A stretch of DNA of 64,000 bases, from UHGV virus genome UHGV-1356548; one strand, written 5' to 3'. This DNA comes from a virus. The notes under the pieces were generated by a model. That model was not told where the DNA came from and did not search any database. It saw only the letters and a program-made list of their open reading frames with translations. The position numbers were made by a program, and so were the translations under genes. Within the stretch, counting starts at the first letter, position 1; every line of letters starts with the position of its first letter. Of the stretch, positions 43,841-53,282 are shown piece by piece.

Positions 43841-46177
43841 ATGGCTACAAACAAAATAGTTGCCACAACAGTCAACAAGATTGGCTTTGAGATAGAGAAC
43901 TCCTCCTACAAAAAAGCTGTAGAGAAAATTCGCAGTATTGGGAGGGAGTTCAGGAAACTGGGCGAAGATTTTAACTCAGCCAACCCCATGAGCAGATGGC
44001 AGGCGGTAGCTGTTAAAACCCAGCAGACAATGCAGCGGGTTGCCAGACAGCAATCTCAGGCAAATGCTAAACTGCACAGAGAGAGCGTAGCACAGGCCAA
44101 GAAAGAGGCTGCAGTAAGGGCTGCAATAGAACGTAGGGAGAATGCGAGACGTAAACAAGCTGTAGGTAATCTTACCGCTAAAAATCCAGAAATGGCTAGG
44201 ATGCGTAAGTTCTACCAGCAGCAAGCTAAAGAGGCCAAAAAGGCTGCCAAATCTGCACCAGTGTCTTACGGTGGTTATAAGGCACCTAAGGCAAGAGTTT
44301 TGGCTAATGCCAAATCTTTCAAATATATCCCCGGTAACCCTAATATGGGTGGTGTGGCTTCCGACCCTAACCTTGTGAAAGCTCAGACAGCCGCTATGAA
44401 TCGTTATCATAGACAGCTAAGAAGAGACAGTAAAGCTGGTATGGATAATAAGCTTATGTCGGATCGTGAGGCAAGGAGAACCCACCTCTACAACTCCGCG
44501 ATAAGACTTTCTGCCAAGTATGGGGCCGGATTCCGTGGAAGCTTACCAGGATACTCAGAGTTAGAGTCCAGGTTTGCTCGCGGGGAGATGAAGAAGTCAA
44601 CCTTTAACGCCCACCTGTCAGCGCTGCAGTCTGGGTTTAAAAGCGCCACCAGCCAAACGCTTACACTAGGCGATGCCATGAGAGACTTACGTAGATCTGT
44701 TATTAATGCAACAGCTGCGTATACGGCTTTTTCTGGATTTGCTGCGGTTAACAGATCCGGTCACATGATGGAGGGGGCAAGTGCTGCTCTTACTGCTGTT
44801 ACTGGAGATCCAAACAAAGCCAACAGTGAGGTTGCGTTTGTCCAGCAAGAGGCTATGCGTCTTGGTTTTGATCTCAAATCTGGTCTTCAAGGTTACGCCC
44901 AGATGTCGGTAAACGCCAAAAACCAGATGACAAATCAGGAAGTGCATGAGCTGTTTTCTGCATACTCACAGTATGCTGCTGCTTATGGTGCCGATGAGGT
45001 AAAATACCAGCGCGGTATTATGGCTATCCAACAGATGCTTGGCAAGGGACAAGTAATGTCCGAAGAACTGAAGCAACAACTTGCTGAAGCATTGCCCGGT
45101 GCATACGAACCTTTTATCAAGGCCACCAAAGAGGCTTTTGGTCTTTCTGAACTCTCCATGGATCAGTTCATGGACATGATGAAGAAAGGTGAGGTTAAAA
45201 CAGCCAAGATCATGAAGTATGTGGCTAAGTACATGAACGAGGCATCTGCAGCTGGTTATGAAAGAATGCAGAAGTCTAACGTGCTGGCAGAAAACAGACT
45301 GAAAACCTTCATCGAACTGACTCGTCAGAAACTGTTCACCCGTTGGTCCGACGAACTAACAGAGTTCTATTATACACTAATCCGCACTGGTGAGACTCTG
45401 CAATTTGTGTGGGATGCCTCTGGTGATTTTGTTAGCGGGTTTGTGAGAGGCCTTAACTGGGTAGTTGGTGAACTAAACAACACCATAGTCAAGATCCGCA
45501 TGTTTTTCCTTGAATGGGGGATTAAATGGGGATTCATAACAGCTAAGACGAAGGAATATTCTGAAGAGCTTCATGACACCTTTAGCTATGCTAAATGGGC
45601 AGGGTTTGCTGCTGCCATCATGCTGGTAGTCAATGCCCTAACAAAAGGTTTTGTCATGGCATCCATGCTTGTAAAAACCTTTAAATTCCTTAACTCTCTA
45701 AGGGGTGCAGCCGGAGCAGCGGGTGCCGCTACTACAGAAGGATCTGGTGGTGGAGCTCCGGCAGGAAAAGGTGGGGGTGGCCTCAAGACACCTGGTGGCA
45801 AAGTTGGTCTGCTCGGTAAGCTGGGCATTATCGGTACAATACTAAGCGCCGGGGAATTATTTAATGACCGTTACAACCCACTAAGTGAAAGAAATCAGCA
45901 GCTGGACACTATCAGCGATATGATTCGCAAAGATATCATATCGGGAGGTAACGGGTTTGTTAATCCTTTGGACACCTTACCGGGCGGGACTCTTCCGTTG
46001 CCGGGTGGCCCTGGTTTTGCTTCTCAATTAAGAACTATGGAAATGCTACCTTTAGAGATCAGTGATGGGAAAATCACGATTTCAATAGATGAGGGTGAGT
46101 TTAACAAAATATTTGATGCAAAACTTGAGTGGGAGAACAATAAAGATATCAACTTCATGTCTACCGACCTTTGGTAA
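43841..46177 (+). CDS. tail tape measure protein
   Basis: 778-aa ORF, extended helical/Ala-Lys-rich N-terminal half, Gly-rich hydrophobic segment (GGGAPAGKGGGGLKTPGGKVGLLGKLGIIGTILSAG); directly follows the chaperone pair. Confidence 0.75.
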   Translation: MATNKIVATTVNKIGFEIENSSYKKAVEKIRSIGREFRKLGEDFNSANPMSRWQAVAVKTQQTMQRVARQQSQANAKLHRESVAQAKKEAAVRAAIERRENARRKQAVGNLTAKNPEMARMRKFYQQQAKEAKKAAKSAPVSYGGYKAPKARVLANAKSFKYIPGNPNMGGVASDPNLVKAQTAAMNRYHRQLRRDSKAGMDNKLMSDREARRTHLYNSAIRLSAKYGAGFRGSLPGYSELESRFARGEMKKSTFNAHLSALQSGFKSATSQTLTLGDAMRDLRRSVINATAAYTAFSGFAAVNRSGHMMEGASAALTAVTGDPNKANSEVAFVQQEAMRLGFDLKSGLQGYAQMSVNAKNQMTNQEVHELFSAYSQYAAAYGADEVKYQRGIMAIQQMLGKGQVMSEELKQQLAEALPGAYEPFIKATKEAFGLSELSMDQFMDMMKKGEVKTAKIMKYVAKYMNEASAAGYERMQKSNVLAENRLKTFIELTRQKLFTRWSDELTEFYYTLIRTGETLQFVWDASGDFVSGFVRGLNWVVGELNNTIVKIRMFFLEWGIKWGFITAKTKEYSEELHDTFSYAKWAGFAAAIMLVVNALTKGFVMASMLVKTFKFLNSLRGAAGAAGAATTEGSGGGAPAGKGGGGLKTPGGKVGLLGKLGIIGTILSAGELFNDRYNPLSERNQQLDTISDMIRKDIISGGNGFVNPLDTLPGGTLPLPGGPGFASQLRTMEMLPLEISDGKITISIDEGEFNKIFDAKLEWENNKDINFMSTDLW

Positions 46178-46188
46178 TAAACTGTGCA

Positions 46189-46213
46189 GGGGGCTCCGGC
46201 CCCCTTTATTTTA
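46189..46213 (+). terminator. rho-independent terminator
   Basis: GGGGGC-TCCG-GCCCCC hairpin followed by TTTATTTTA. Confidence 0.65.
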
Positions 46214-46219
46214 TCGGTG

Positions 46220-46248
46220 TTGTAAAAACGGCTATTTTATGATACAAT
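46220..46248 (+). promoter_or_regulatory. sigma70-like promoter with extended -10
   Basis: TTGTAA, 17-bp spacer ending TGA, TACAAT. Confidence 0.45.
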
Positions 46249-46281
46249 ATCTAGATGGTATAGGAGTGTCCTGGAGAGGTT

Positions 46282-47166
46282 ATGCCAAGCAATATAGTTG
46301 ATGAAAAAGACCTGTACAAGCCTCAAGAGGTTAAATCTCCAAAGGCTGAAAAGGCAGAGCAGCAAACTGAAAGCGATGTAAAGTATACTATGTTTGTCAG
46401 CGGTCTTAACTATGGTGGTCGCAATACGGAGATGAAGGGTAAAAACTTTACTAACGATCTTGCCATTATCTTCGATCAGGTTGAGAATTACTCTTTCAAA
46501 CATTCTGTTGATAAGACTGGGTTTGCGGTGGAAGATAAATCTACCCTGTCAGACCACGCTGTAATTAAAGATGGTGTATTTTCTTTTACTGGCAGGGTAA
46601 ATACATCTCCACATATAATCTATGAGCAAAACTACATTGACAGGAATACTGACTCTAAAAACCCTGCAGCATCTATGCGACCGGGCGCTGCACTGGAGGC
46701 TTTGACTGAGATCATTAATAAGCGCCAGTTGGTTTCTTTGGTTACCGAGGAGAGACTTCTTGAGAACTACATCATAACCAGTCTTTCTGCCAACAAGTCT
46801 GTTGGTGAAGGCGCTGCAATGGTGTTTGATGTAGAACTTACAGAGTTCCGCACATTCTACTTGAATAAGGTTGTTAATGCAACTGTATACAGCAATCCTA
46901 AGAAAGTAGGCAAGACCCAACAAAAAGGCGCTGTCAACGACTGTAAGAATGGTAGTAACGTAGGTAACAAGAGGGACACAGGAGCATTCGCAGACACTGC
47001 ATCCACAAACGCTGCAGAGGAGTGGCAGCCATACAAATCTATGATGTGGACAGATGAAAACGGTGTTACCCAATCGGCTGCGGATTGGTATTATCAGGAA
47101 TATGGAAGACCTTCTACCATAGTCCCATCTGAGCAGGGAAACTACAACAAAGTTAACGGGAAATAA
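46282..47166 (+). CDS. hypothetical tail protein
   Basis: 294-aa ORF first after the tape measure. Confidence 0.35.
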   Translation: MPSNIVDEKDLYKPQEVKSPKAEKAEQQTESDVKYTMFVSGLNYGGRNTEMKGKNFTNDLAIIFDQVENYSFKHSVDKTGFAVEDKSTLSDHAVIKDGVFSFTGRVNTSPHIIYEQNYIDRNTDSKNPAASMRPGAALEALTEIINKRQLVSLVTEERLLENYIITSLSANKSVGEGAAMVFDVELTEFRTFYLNKVVNATVYSNPKKVGKTQQKGAVNDCKNGSNVGNKRDTGAFADTASTNAAEEWQPYKSMMWTDENGVTQSAADWYYQEYGRPSTIVPSEQGNYNKVNGK

Positions 47167-47178
47167 GGGGAGCGTATA

Positions 47179-47559
47179 ATGGAGCTTAAAGATTGGTGCA
47201 TAATCACCTTTGTGTGGGACATTGACGGCTTTCCTGATCAAACCATGCGTGTTGTTTTAGACAATGAAACGTATGAAATGCGTATGCAATGGAATGAGAG
47301 GGATGAGTCCTGGTGGTTATCTCTTGGTCCAGTAGGTGACAGTCCTTTAGTAACCAGAAAAGTAACAGCTTGTCAAGATATTTTAGACGGACTGCATTAC
47401 AGAGATGATTTACCGAAAGGTAGACTGATGGCGCTGTCGTTTAAAGACGATCAATATTGGGGCAGGGTTGGAAGATATAACCTTGGGGCGAGATCTGAGC
47501 TACAACTTGTATACGGCACCCCGGTTGATCTTTACAAGGAACAGCAAGGGTTAGAATAA
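47179..47559 (+). CDS. hypothetical tail protein
   Basis: 126-aa ORF. Confidence 0.3.
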   Translation: MELKDWCIITFVWDIDGFPDQTMRVVLDNETYEMRMQWNERDESWWLSLGPVGDSPLVTRKVTACQDILDGLHYRDDLPKGRLMALSFKDDQYWGRVGRYNLGARSELQLVYGTPVDLYKEQQGLE

Positions 47560-48563
47560 TGGCAGAGTACAGACGTAGAACATGGCGATTATTGTTTGGT
47601 CGTCCTGTAGAACATGGCGGCAAATCAAAAACCAATATCCCAAAATCTGTTGAAAAGAAAGGGGAGAGTGATTCCGGAGTTTATGAAGTTAGCTCGGACA
47701 CTGGTGCTGCCAATATAGAGTTTGACATACAAAAGGACAATACCAAAGAGCCAAACAAAGGTTATGTGACAGTTTACAACCTGTCTGACGATACAGTTAA
47801 CTACTTGGATATGCATCAGGCTGATGCCCTTGCAGTTATGTTTGAAGCTGGCTATGATAATGAGAACCAGTTGATATTCTCCGGAACTGTGGAGTTTGTT
47901 GAAGACAGATGGGAAGGCCCTACCAGAAAAACTAAGTTCATCTTTGGGGATGGCACTGAGAACATCATTAAGTGCCAAAGCACAAGATCTTATCAGAAAG
48001 GCACGCCTCTGAACTCTGTGCTTAATGACCTACTGAAGGATATGAACTTGCCAAAAGGTAGGGTTGTTGGTTTTGGAAACCAGACTTTACAATACTCTAT
48101 GGCTTTCTCTGGAAACACTGCAGAGAACCTCCGCAGGTTTGCAAGGCTGACCAACTCCACATTTAGCGTTCAGGATGGGGCTTTGTATTGGACCAAGGTT
48201 GGAAAAAGGTTCAAAGACTCTGTGTTTGAAATAAGTGCAGAGTCTGGGATGCACGGATCTCCTACCCCTAAAAATCCAGAACCTGCTAAAAAACGAAAAG
48301 CTAAAGCTGCTGCCAAAGGTGGTTCGACATCTAAAAAGAAAAAGAAAAACCCGAGAGAGGATGTTGGCCTTACTGTAACCACATGCCTTAACGGAGCTAT
48401 CCTCCCAGAGTCCACTATTTATCTTAAAAGCAAGCAATATACAGGCTTCTATAAGGTGATCACGGTGCATCATAAAGGAACCATAGAAGGAGGTGATTAC
48501 ATCACAGAGCTTGGCCTTGGGGAAACAGTCGGTGGGGTTGTTGACAAAACTGAGGAGGTATAA
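47559..48563 (+). CDS. hypothetical tail/baseplate protein
   Basis: 334-aa ORF with Lys-rich segment KKRKAKAAAKGGSTSKKKKKNP; function guessed from position only. Confidence 0.3.
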   Translation: MAEYRRRTWRLLFGRPVEHGGKSKTNIPKSVEKKGESDSGVYEVSSDTGAANIEFDIQKDNTKEPNKGYVTVYNLSDDTVNYLDMHQADALAVMFEAGYDNENQLIFSGTVEFVEDRWEGPTRKTKFIFGDGTENIIKCQSTRSYQKGTPLNSVLNDLLKDMNLPKGRVVGFGNQTLQYSMAFSGNTAENLRRFARLTNSTFSVQDGALYWTKVGKRFKDSVFEISAESGMHGSPTPKNPEPAKKRKAKAAAKGGSTSKKKKKNPREDVGLTVTTCLNGAILPESTIYLKSKQYTGFYKVITVHHKGTIEGGDYITELGLGETVGGVVDKTEEV

Positions 48564-49240
48564 TGGCAATAAATAGGAAAGATGCTGCTGTAAGATCCTT
48601 TATAGAAAAAATAATGAGGGACTACCACACCAGTATCAGGGCCAGAGTTGTCAGTGTAGACTACAGTATCCCTTCTGCAGCCGTGCAGCCAATAGCTGAA
48701 ACCACGTTTGATGATGGAGATGTGGAGAGATACCCTCTTATCTATGACGTTCCAATTCAAGTGATGTCTGCAAACAGTGGAAAGGCAAGGTTAACACTTC
48801 CTATTAAAGCTGGTGATGTTGTAGGATTGCAGTTTTCAGAGAGAAATGAAAACAATAACGACGATCAACAAACTCACGGCCTGTTTCCTGGGTGGGCAAT
48901 AACCTCTGTTCATTCAGACTCAAACGCTTTACAGATCGATCCTGATAACGTAGAGTTATGGAATGATAAGGTCTATTTTAAACTGACACCTTCTGGAGAT
49001 TTTGAGCTTCAAACACCGGGTGGGACATTACGGTGCGACAGCAGCGGGGAGTTTTCTTTCACTAACGGTGCTGCCAATTTGCGAGCTGCTGTGGATGGAA
49101 ATATCAGAATGAATGGTGCCACAATAGACCCATCTGGTAGAATTATAACTGCTGCTGGTGTGGATTTGGATTCATTCTATGCAGAATATAAAGGTCATAC
49201 CCACTCTTGCCCTGATGGCGAGACAAGTGGACCGCACTAA
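48563..49240 (+). CDS. hypothetical tail/baseplate protein (possible spike)
   Basis: 225-aa ORF, start overlaps previous stop. Confidence 0.3.
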   Translation: MAINRKDAAVRSFIEKIMRDYHTSIRARVVSVDYSIPSAAVQPIAETTFDDGDVERYPLIYDVPIQVMSANSGKARLTLPIKAGDVVGLQFSERNENNNDDQQTHGLFPGWAITSVHSDSNALQIDPDNVELWNDKVYFKLTPSGDFELQTPGGTLRCDSSGEFSFTNGAANLRAAVDGNIRMNGATIDPSGRIITAAGVDLDSFYAEYKGHTHSCPDGETSGPH

Positions 49241-49252
49241 TAGAGGGCTTTC

Positions 49253-49969
49253 ATGGCTACGCTTTATAGTGATATATTGATGGACCCACAGACAGGCGAT
49301 TTGGCGATAGACAAAGGTCTTGAGTTGATAGATTCAAACCAGGTAAGTCTGCGCCAGCGCTTGTGGATGAGGTTTAATACGTGGAAGGGGAGCTGGTACT
49401 TTGACGAGTTGTTTGGCTTCCCTTATATGGACTTTCTCAGTAAGAAGGTCATGAAGACTGTTCTTGATAACAAGATTATGGAAGTGGCAAGACAAGAGCC
49501 GGATGTGCTAAACATCGTAAACTTCCAGTCTACCATGGATCGAAGATCGAGAACATACCAAGCGTTCTTTGAGGTTGTTACCAAAGAGAACGAGATTGTA
49601 AGGCTGGCTTTCGTAGGTCTTGATCAGTTTACCTACCCACAGCCTGATTCTGGGACAACCTCTCTCTGTGATGATGAAGGTTGGATTAAGTGGGCCAATA
49701 AACTGTACTACCTGATCAACTTCAGATTGCCTAGAACCGGAGATGCCACATGGTGGAACCAGTATGCTGGTCCTGAGATGGAAAACCCTATCCCTGTAGG
49801 CTCTCTGTTGACTCAGGATAAAGATCTGCTGATGACCGAGGCAGAACAAACCATTAACCGCAATACCTGGACTCTTGCTCCAGATGAGCGCGAATACTCT
49901 GGTGTTATTGCTACCTCCAATGATGAGGCTATTGCCAACCAGTCTGGTCGTGCTATTGATGTTAACTAA
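49253..49969 (+). CDS. hypothetical tail/baseplate protein
   Basis: 238-aa ORF. Confidence 0.3.
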   Translation: MATLYSDILMDPQTGDLAIDKGLELIDSNQVSLRQRLWMRFNTWKGSWYFDELFGFPYMDFLSKKVMKTVLDNKIMEVARQEPDVLNIVNFQSTMDRRSRTYQAFFEVVTKENEIVRLAFVGLDQFTYPQPDSGTTSLCDDEGWIKWANKLYYLINFRLPRTGDATWWNQYAGPEMENPIPVGSLLTQDKDLLMTEAEQTINRNTWTLAPDEREYSGVIATSNDEAIANQSGRAIDVN

Positions 49970-49978
49970 GGAGAAATC

Positions 49979-50647
49979 ATGGCTGTAGCTTATCCTACAA
50001 TACCAATTCCAGATCTTGAAGATGCAGAAACAGTCCTGAGTGATGACTTCTTGGTTGTCAACCAGACTGATGGGACAAGAAAGGCTAAGATTGACGATGT
50101 TGTCAACGATCTTAGCATTACTAAGATAGTCTATTTCACAGAGGGTGGTTATCTTAAGAGCAAGAAGGACTTTGCTTATGATCCAGAAACTAAGCGCTAC
50201 TACACGTGGAACGGGGATTATCCTAAAATAATCCTCCCAGACTCCACTGTAGAGGGTGCTGGGGGTGTGTCTGCAAACGCCTGGTCTGTTTTTGGTGAGC
50301 TTGCTGCAACTTCTTCTGGCAGAATAGTTGATTACGGATCTATCGGTGGTCAGCTTGATATGGATCTTGAAGTTGCGGATACCTTTAAGGTTCGACTAAC
50401 TTCAAATACCACAATCTCTTTTGAAAATCAAACAGAAGGTCTTGAAGGGGTGGCGAGAACTATAACCGTATGCATTACTCAGACCTCTGGCGGCAACAAA
50501 GTCTATTGGCCTGGTAATGTTAAATGGTCCTACGGAAGAGATCCTATCCTAACATTTACAGCTGGTGCAACAGACATTTTCAAGTTGGAAACCTACGACA
50601 ACGGGTTAACTTGGTACGGGGCATTGATTATCGCAGGAGCTATCTAA
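49979..50647 (+). CDS. tail fiber-related protein sharing N-terminal anchor motif with the long tail fiber
   Basis: N-terminus (DDFLVVNQTDGTRKAKIDDVVNDL) parallels the N-terminus of the 53283 product (DDYLVVQQPDLTRRVKIGDVVHV). Confidence 0.4.
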   Translation: MAVAYPTIPIPDLEDAETVLSDDFLVVNQTDGTRKAKIDDVVNDLSITKIVYFTEGGYLKSKKDFAYDPETKRYYTWNGDYPKIILPDSTVEGAGGVSANAWSVFGELAATSSGRIVDYGSIGGQLDMDLEVADTFKVRLTSNTTISFENQTEGLEGVARTITVCITQTSGGNKVYWPGNVKWSYGRDPILTFTAGATDIFKLETYDNGLTWYGALIIAGAI

Positions 50648-50648
50648 G

Positions 50649-53246
50649 ATGCGTATTCAACACAACATTGATAACGTATTTCAGATGATTGAGGGGCACA
50701 GGAAGTGCCTCGATAACAACACAGGTATTACCAACACACCTACACAAAATAAGCTAGTAAACCCTGATGGTCTTATAGCTGCAGGGTGGGCAGGTAATAA
50801 GATAAATAACGATTGGGCAATGCATGAGTCCCAAGCTGTGTTGATTCTGGGATACATTGAAGCATACAGGGCATCGAAAAGCGATTTCTATCTGGATAGG
50901 GCAAAAGATGCTTGGGAAGCTTACAATAGTCATCTTCTGGGTGCATATGCCGTAGAAAGTAAAATGCAAAGATTGTCCCACTACCCTCTATCCACAGATG
51001 GGGTTCCATCACACGGTGGGTTTAAAGATGTGGTAGTGTCTTTTACCAACGGTAGAGGAAAAATCCCAGCTGGATCTCCGACATGGGGGGAATACCTGGA
51101 CAAGGCATTCCAAGCGTATAACGGTGTGTTAGGAAGAAACACTGTAGACTCTGATGTTTACGGTGGCACAGATGCTAACCCAGATTGGACAACATCAGGA
51201 TTAAGTTGGTGGGTTGAGTGGTACATAGCATGGGATGGTAACCGCTATTGGGCTAACGGGAGCATAGCCGACAGTGGGCATACGTCTATAGAGTTCGGCA
51301 CAATCCAATTACAAGATAAGGGTGTTACAGGAAGCCACAAGGTGACCTATTGTGTAAGATTACCTCAAGAGCAGGGTGGATCGGTGATACCTGCTGGATC
51401 CCCTGTAATTGTAAATCCTATAAACGTGGTTGCAGATAATCAGGCCCCAGAGTTGGACGGGGAAGAAATGTGGTGTGACGCTTGTTATCAACTCTACACC
51501 TTGACAGGTGAGGAAAAGTATTACACCGCGTTTAAACAGTCTTACAACAAGTTGCTTAATTTCAGTGATATAAACGCCTACGACAAGTTGTTTAGAAAGA
51601 CCACGTTGATTAAGGCACCGTTTACAGACGGTACTTGTCTTGTTGCAGGAACAGTTCCTGTCATGAGCAGAGACAGTGACGGGTATATCAATTTTAGAAT
51701 GAACGCACGCCAGCCTTGCGAAATAATTCAAAAAGGGACTACATACAAAATAGGCAGAGATGCTGAAATTGTTATGAATTTCGGAGGAGAAGGGGTTCTG
51801 TTCCAGCCACATTTCATCCTTAATGATGGCAACAATAACAAAAAACAGTACAGGATAGGGGTTCCTTTTGGAGGGGCAGAGGTAACAGAAATAGTTGCCA
51901 AGGTTACTGATTTCGTAGAGGTAGTTGGTAAAGACGGTAATCCGTACCTCTTACCTAAAGAGGAAAACATTGCCGTGAGCGGTGGTGCCAGTGTTAGTAT
52001 GCAGTACGATACTGACATTTACAACCACTCTGACAACTTCACCCGTTGTAATATAGCAAGAGGCAAAGTAACTTTCAACTTTGGAAGAGAGATTTCTTTA
52101 AACTCAGTAACTTATCGATCAGATGATGAGATGGTAAGGGTCAAATTTCTTGACAAAGACAGGTGGTTATGGTATGCTGATCTATATGCCACTAATGGAC
52201 AATGGATAACAGAAACTCTTACTCTAGGAGATTTCAAACTAGATCCGACACAACCTCATCACACTGAAGAAGAGATTAAACCTTTCTTTGCTAATCCTAA
52301 GGGACTCACCTCTGTAGATTTCAGCCTAAGCGACAGGCAGATAGGTAATGGCTTGTTTGATCTATATTGCGTCAACACACTGCCGCAATTCTATATTGCA
52401 GATAGGGATGCTTATCTAATCTGGTTTAGCGTATGGATGGCAAGCAAGACAGAATCAACCGCCAAGGTTGGTGATTGCTATGTCAGAAACTACAAGCAAG
52501 GTGCATACAGGCACACACCAGGTGTGTTCCCTGCCGGAAAGGTGATAGATAAGGAAAACTATCTCTTAGAGGAAAGGCCAAATTGGCCCTACCCTGGCAT
52601 GCAATACCCAGCAGTCTACTGCATGGGTGCAGAAAACATAGATCGCCATAGATTGTCAAATACAATAGGCTTTCTGTATGACGCTCAAGTCTGGTATAAT
52701 AATACATTTAAGACAGAGGGTCCAGTTGCCTCACGTTATGTATGGCAAAGAGGTAATGAAGGGTTGACTGGTTGGTGGGAGATGGTAGATAACTCTAAGC
52801 TCCAGTCAAGATCTTTTGTTGCTGCGTGCCGCACAATATATGAGCTCAAGAAACATAAAGAACCTGTTGATGAAAGACTATTCCTGTTCTGCCAGAAATG
52901 GGCATGGTTCCTCAACAGATTCCAGTCATCTCATTCAGGAAATCTGCCTACAGACTTTAACACCTCTGGGGGATATTCTTATCAGGACAGAGGAGACAGG
53001 ATGTGGGTGGTAGGTGAATGGCTTGCAGGTTGCTGCTGGCTAGGTCTGTGCGGGTATTCAGAGACAATACCTCAAATAGATATTGTTGTGGAAGCCTGTG
53101 TGAAGCTACTGCAAAAGCACCACTTCATTAATGGGGATAATATTTTAAACGGCTGCTGGGCAGTTTCTGATCCGGTTGGCTATCACTCTGGCGAAATCCT
53201 TCGCGGTCTGGGCCTTTATGCTCAATACCGTGGATTGTACCTTTAA
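50649..53246 (+). CDS. large tail-associated protein (possible tailspike/enzymatic fiber)
   Basis: 865-aa Trp/Tyr/Gly-rich ORF between the two anchor-motif proteins; no motif recognised by eye. Confidence 0.3.
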   Translation: MRIQHNIDNVFQMIEGHRKCLDNNTGITNTPTQNKLVNPDGLIAAGWAGNKINNDWAMHESQAVLILGYIEAYRASKSDFYLDRAKDAWEAYNSHLLGAYAVESKMQRLSHYPLSTDGVPSHGGFKDVVVSFTNGRGKIPAGSPTWGEYLDKAFQAYNGVLGRNTVDSDVYGGTDANPDWTTSGLSWWVEWYIAWDGNRYWANGSIADSGHTSIEFGTIQLQDKGVTGSHKVTYCVRLPQEQGGSVIPAGSPVIVNPINVVADNQAPELDGEEMWCDACYQLYTLTGEEKYYTAFKQSYNKLLNFSDINAYDKLFRKTTLIKAPFTDGTCLVAGTVPVMSRDSDGYINFRMNARQPCEIIQKGTTYKIGRDAEIVMNFGGEGVLFQPHFILNDGNNNKKQYRIGVPFGGAEVTEIVAKVTDFVEVVGKDGNPYLLPKEENIAVSGGASVSMQYDTDIYNHSDNFTRCNIARGKVTFNFGREISLNSVTYRSDDEMVRVKFLDKDRWLWYADLYATNGQWITETLTLGDFKLDPTQPHHTEEEIKPFFANPKGLTSVDFSLSDRQIGNGLFDLYCVNTLPQFYIADRDAYLIWFSVWMASKTESTAKVGDCYVRNYKQGAYRHTPGVFPAGKVIDKENYLLEERPNWPYPGMQYPAVYCMGAENIDRHRLSNTIGFLYDAQVWYNNTFKTEGPVASRYVWQRGNEGLTGWWEMVDNSKLQSRSFVAACRTIYELKKHKEPVDERLFLFCQKWAWFLNRFQSSHSGNLPTDFNTSGGYSYQDRGDRMWVVGEWLAGCCWLGLCGYSETIPQIDIVVEACVKLLQKHHFINGDNILNGCWAVSDPVGYHSGEILRGLGLYAQYRGLYL

Positions 53247-53250
53247 CATA

Positions 53251-53272
53251 GGGGGGCTGTTTGCCCCCTTTC
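53251..53272 (+). terminator. stem-loop / weak terminator
   Basis: GGGGGC-TGTT-TGCCCCC hairpin followed by TTTC, then RBS AGGAGA for the fiber gene. Confidence 0.4.
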
Positions 53273-53282
53273 AGGAGAAAGA

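Noticed and set aside
48320-48350. Lys-codon A-rich run (AAAAAGAAAAAGAAAAAC) as a second frameshift site
   Set aside because: No open alternative frame of useful length follows it; more likely just a lysine-rich linker.
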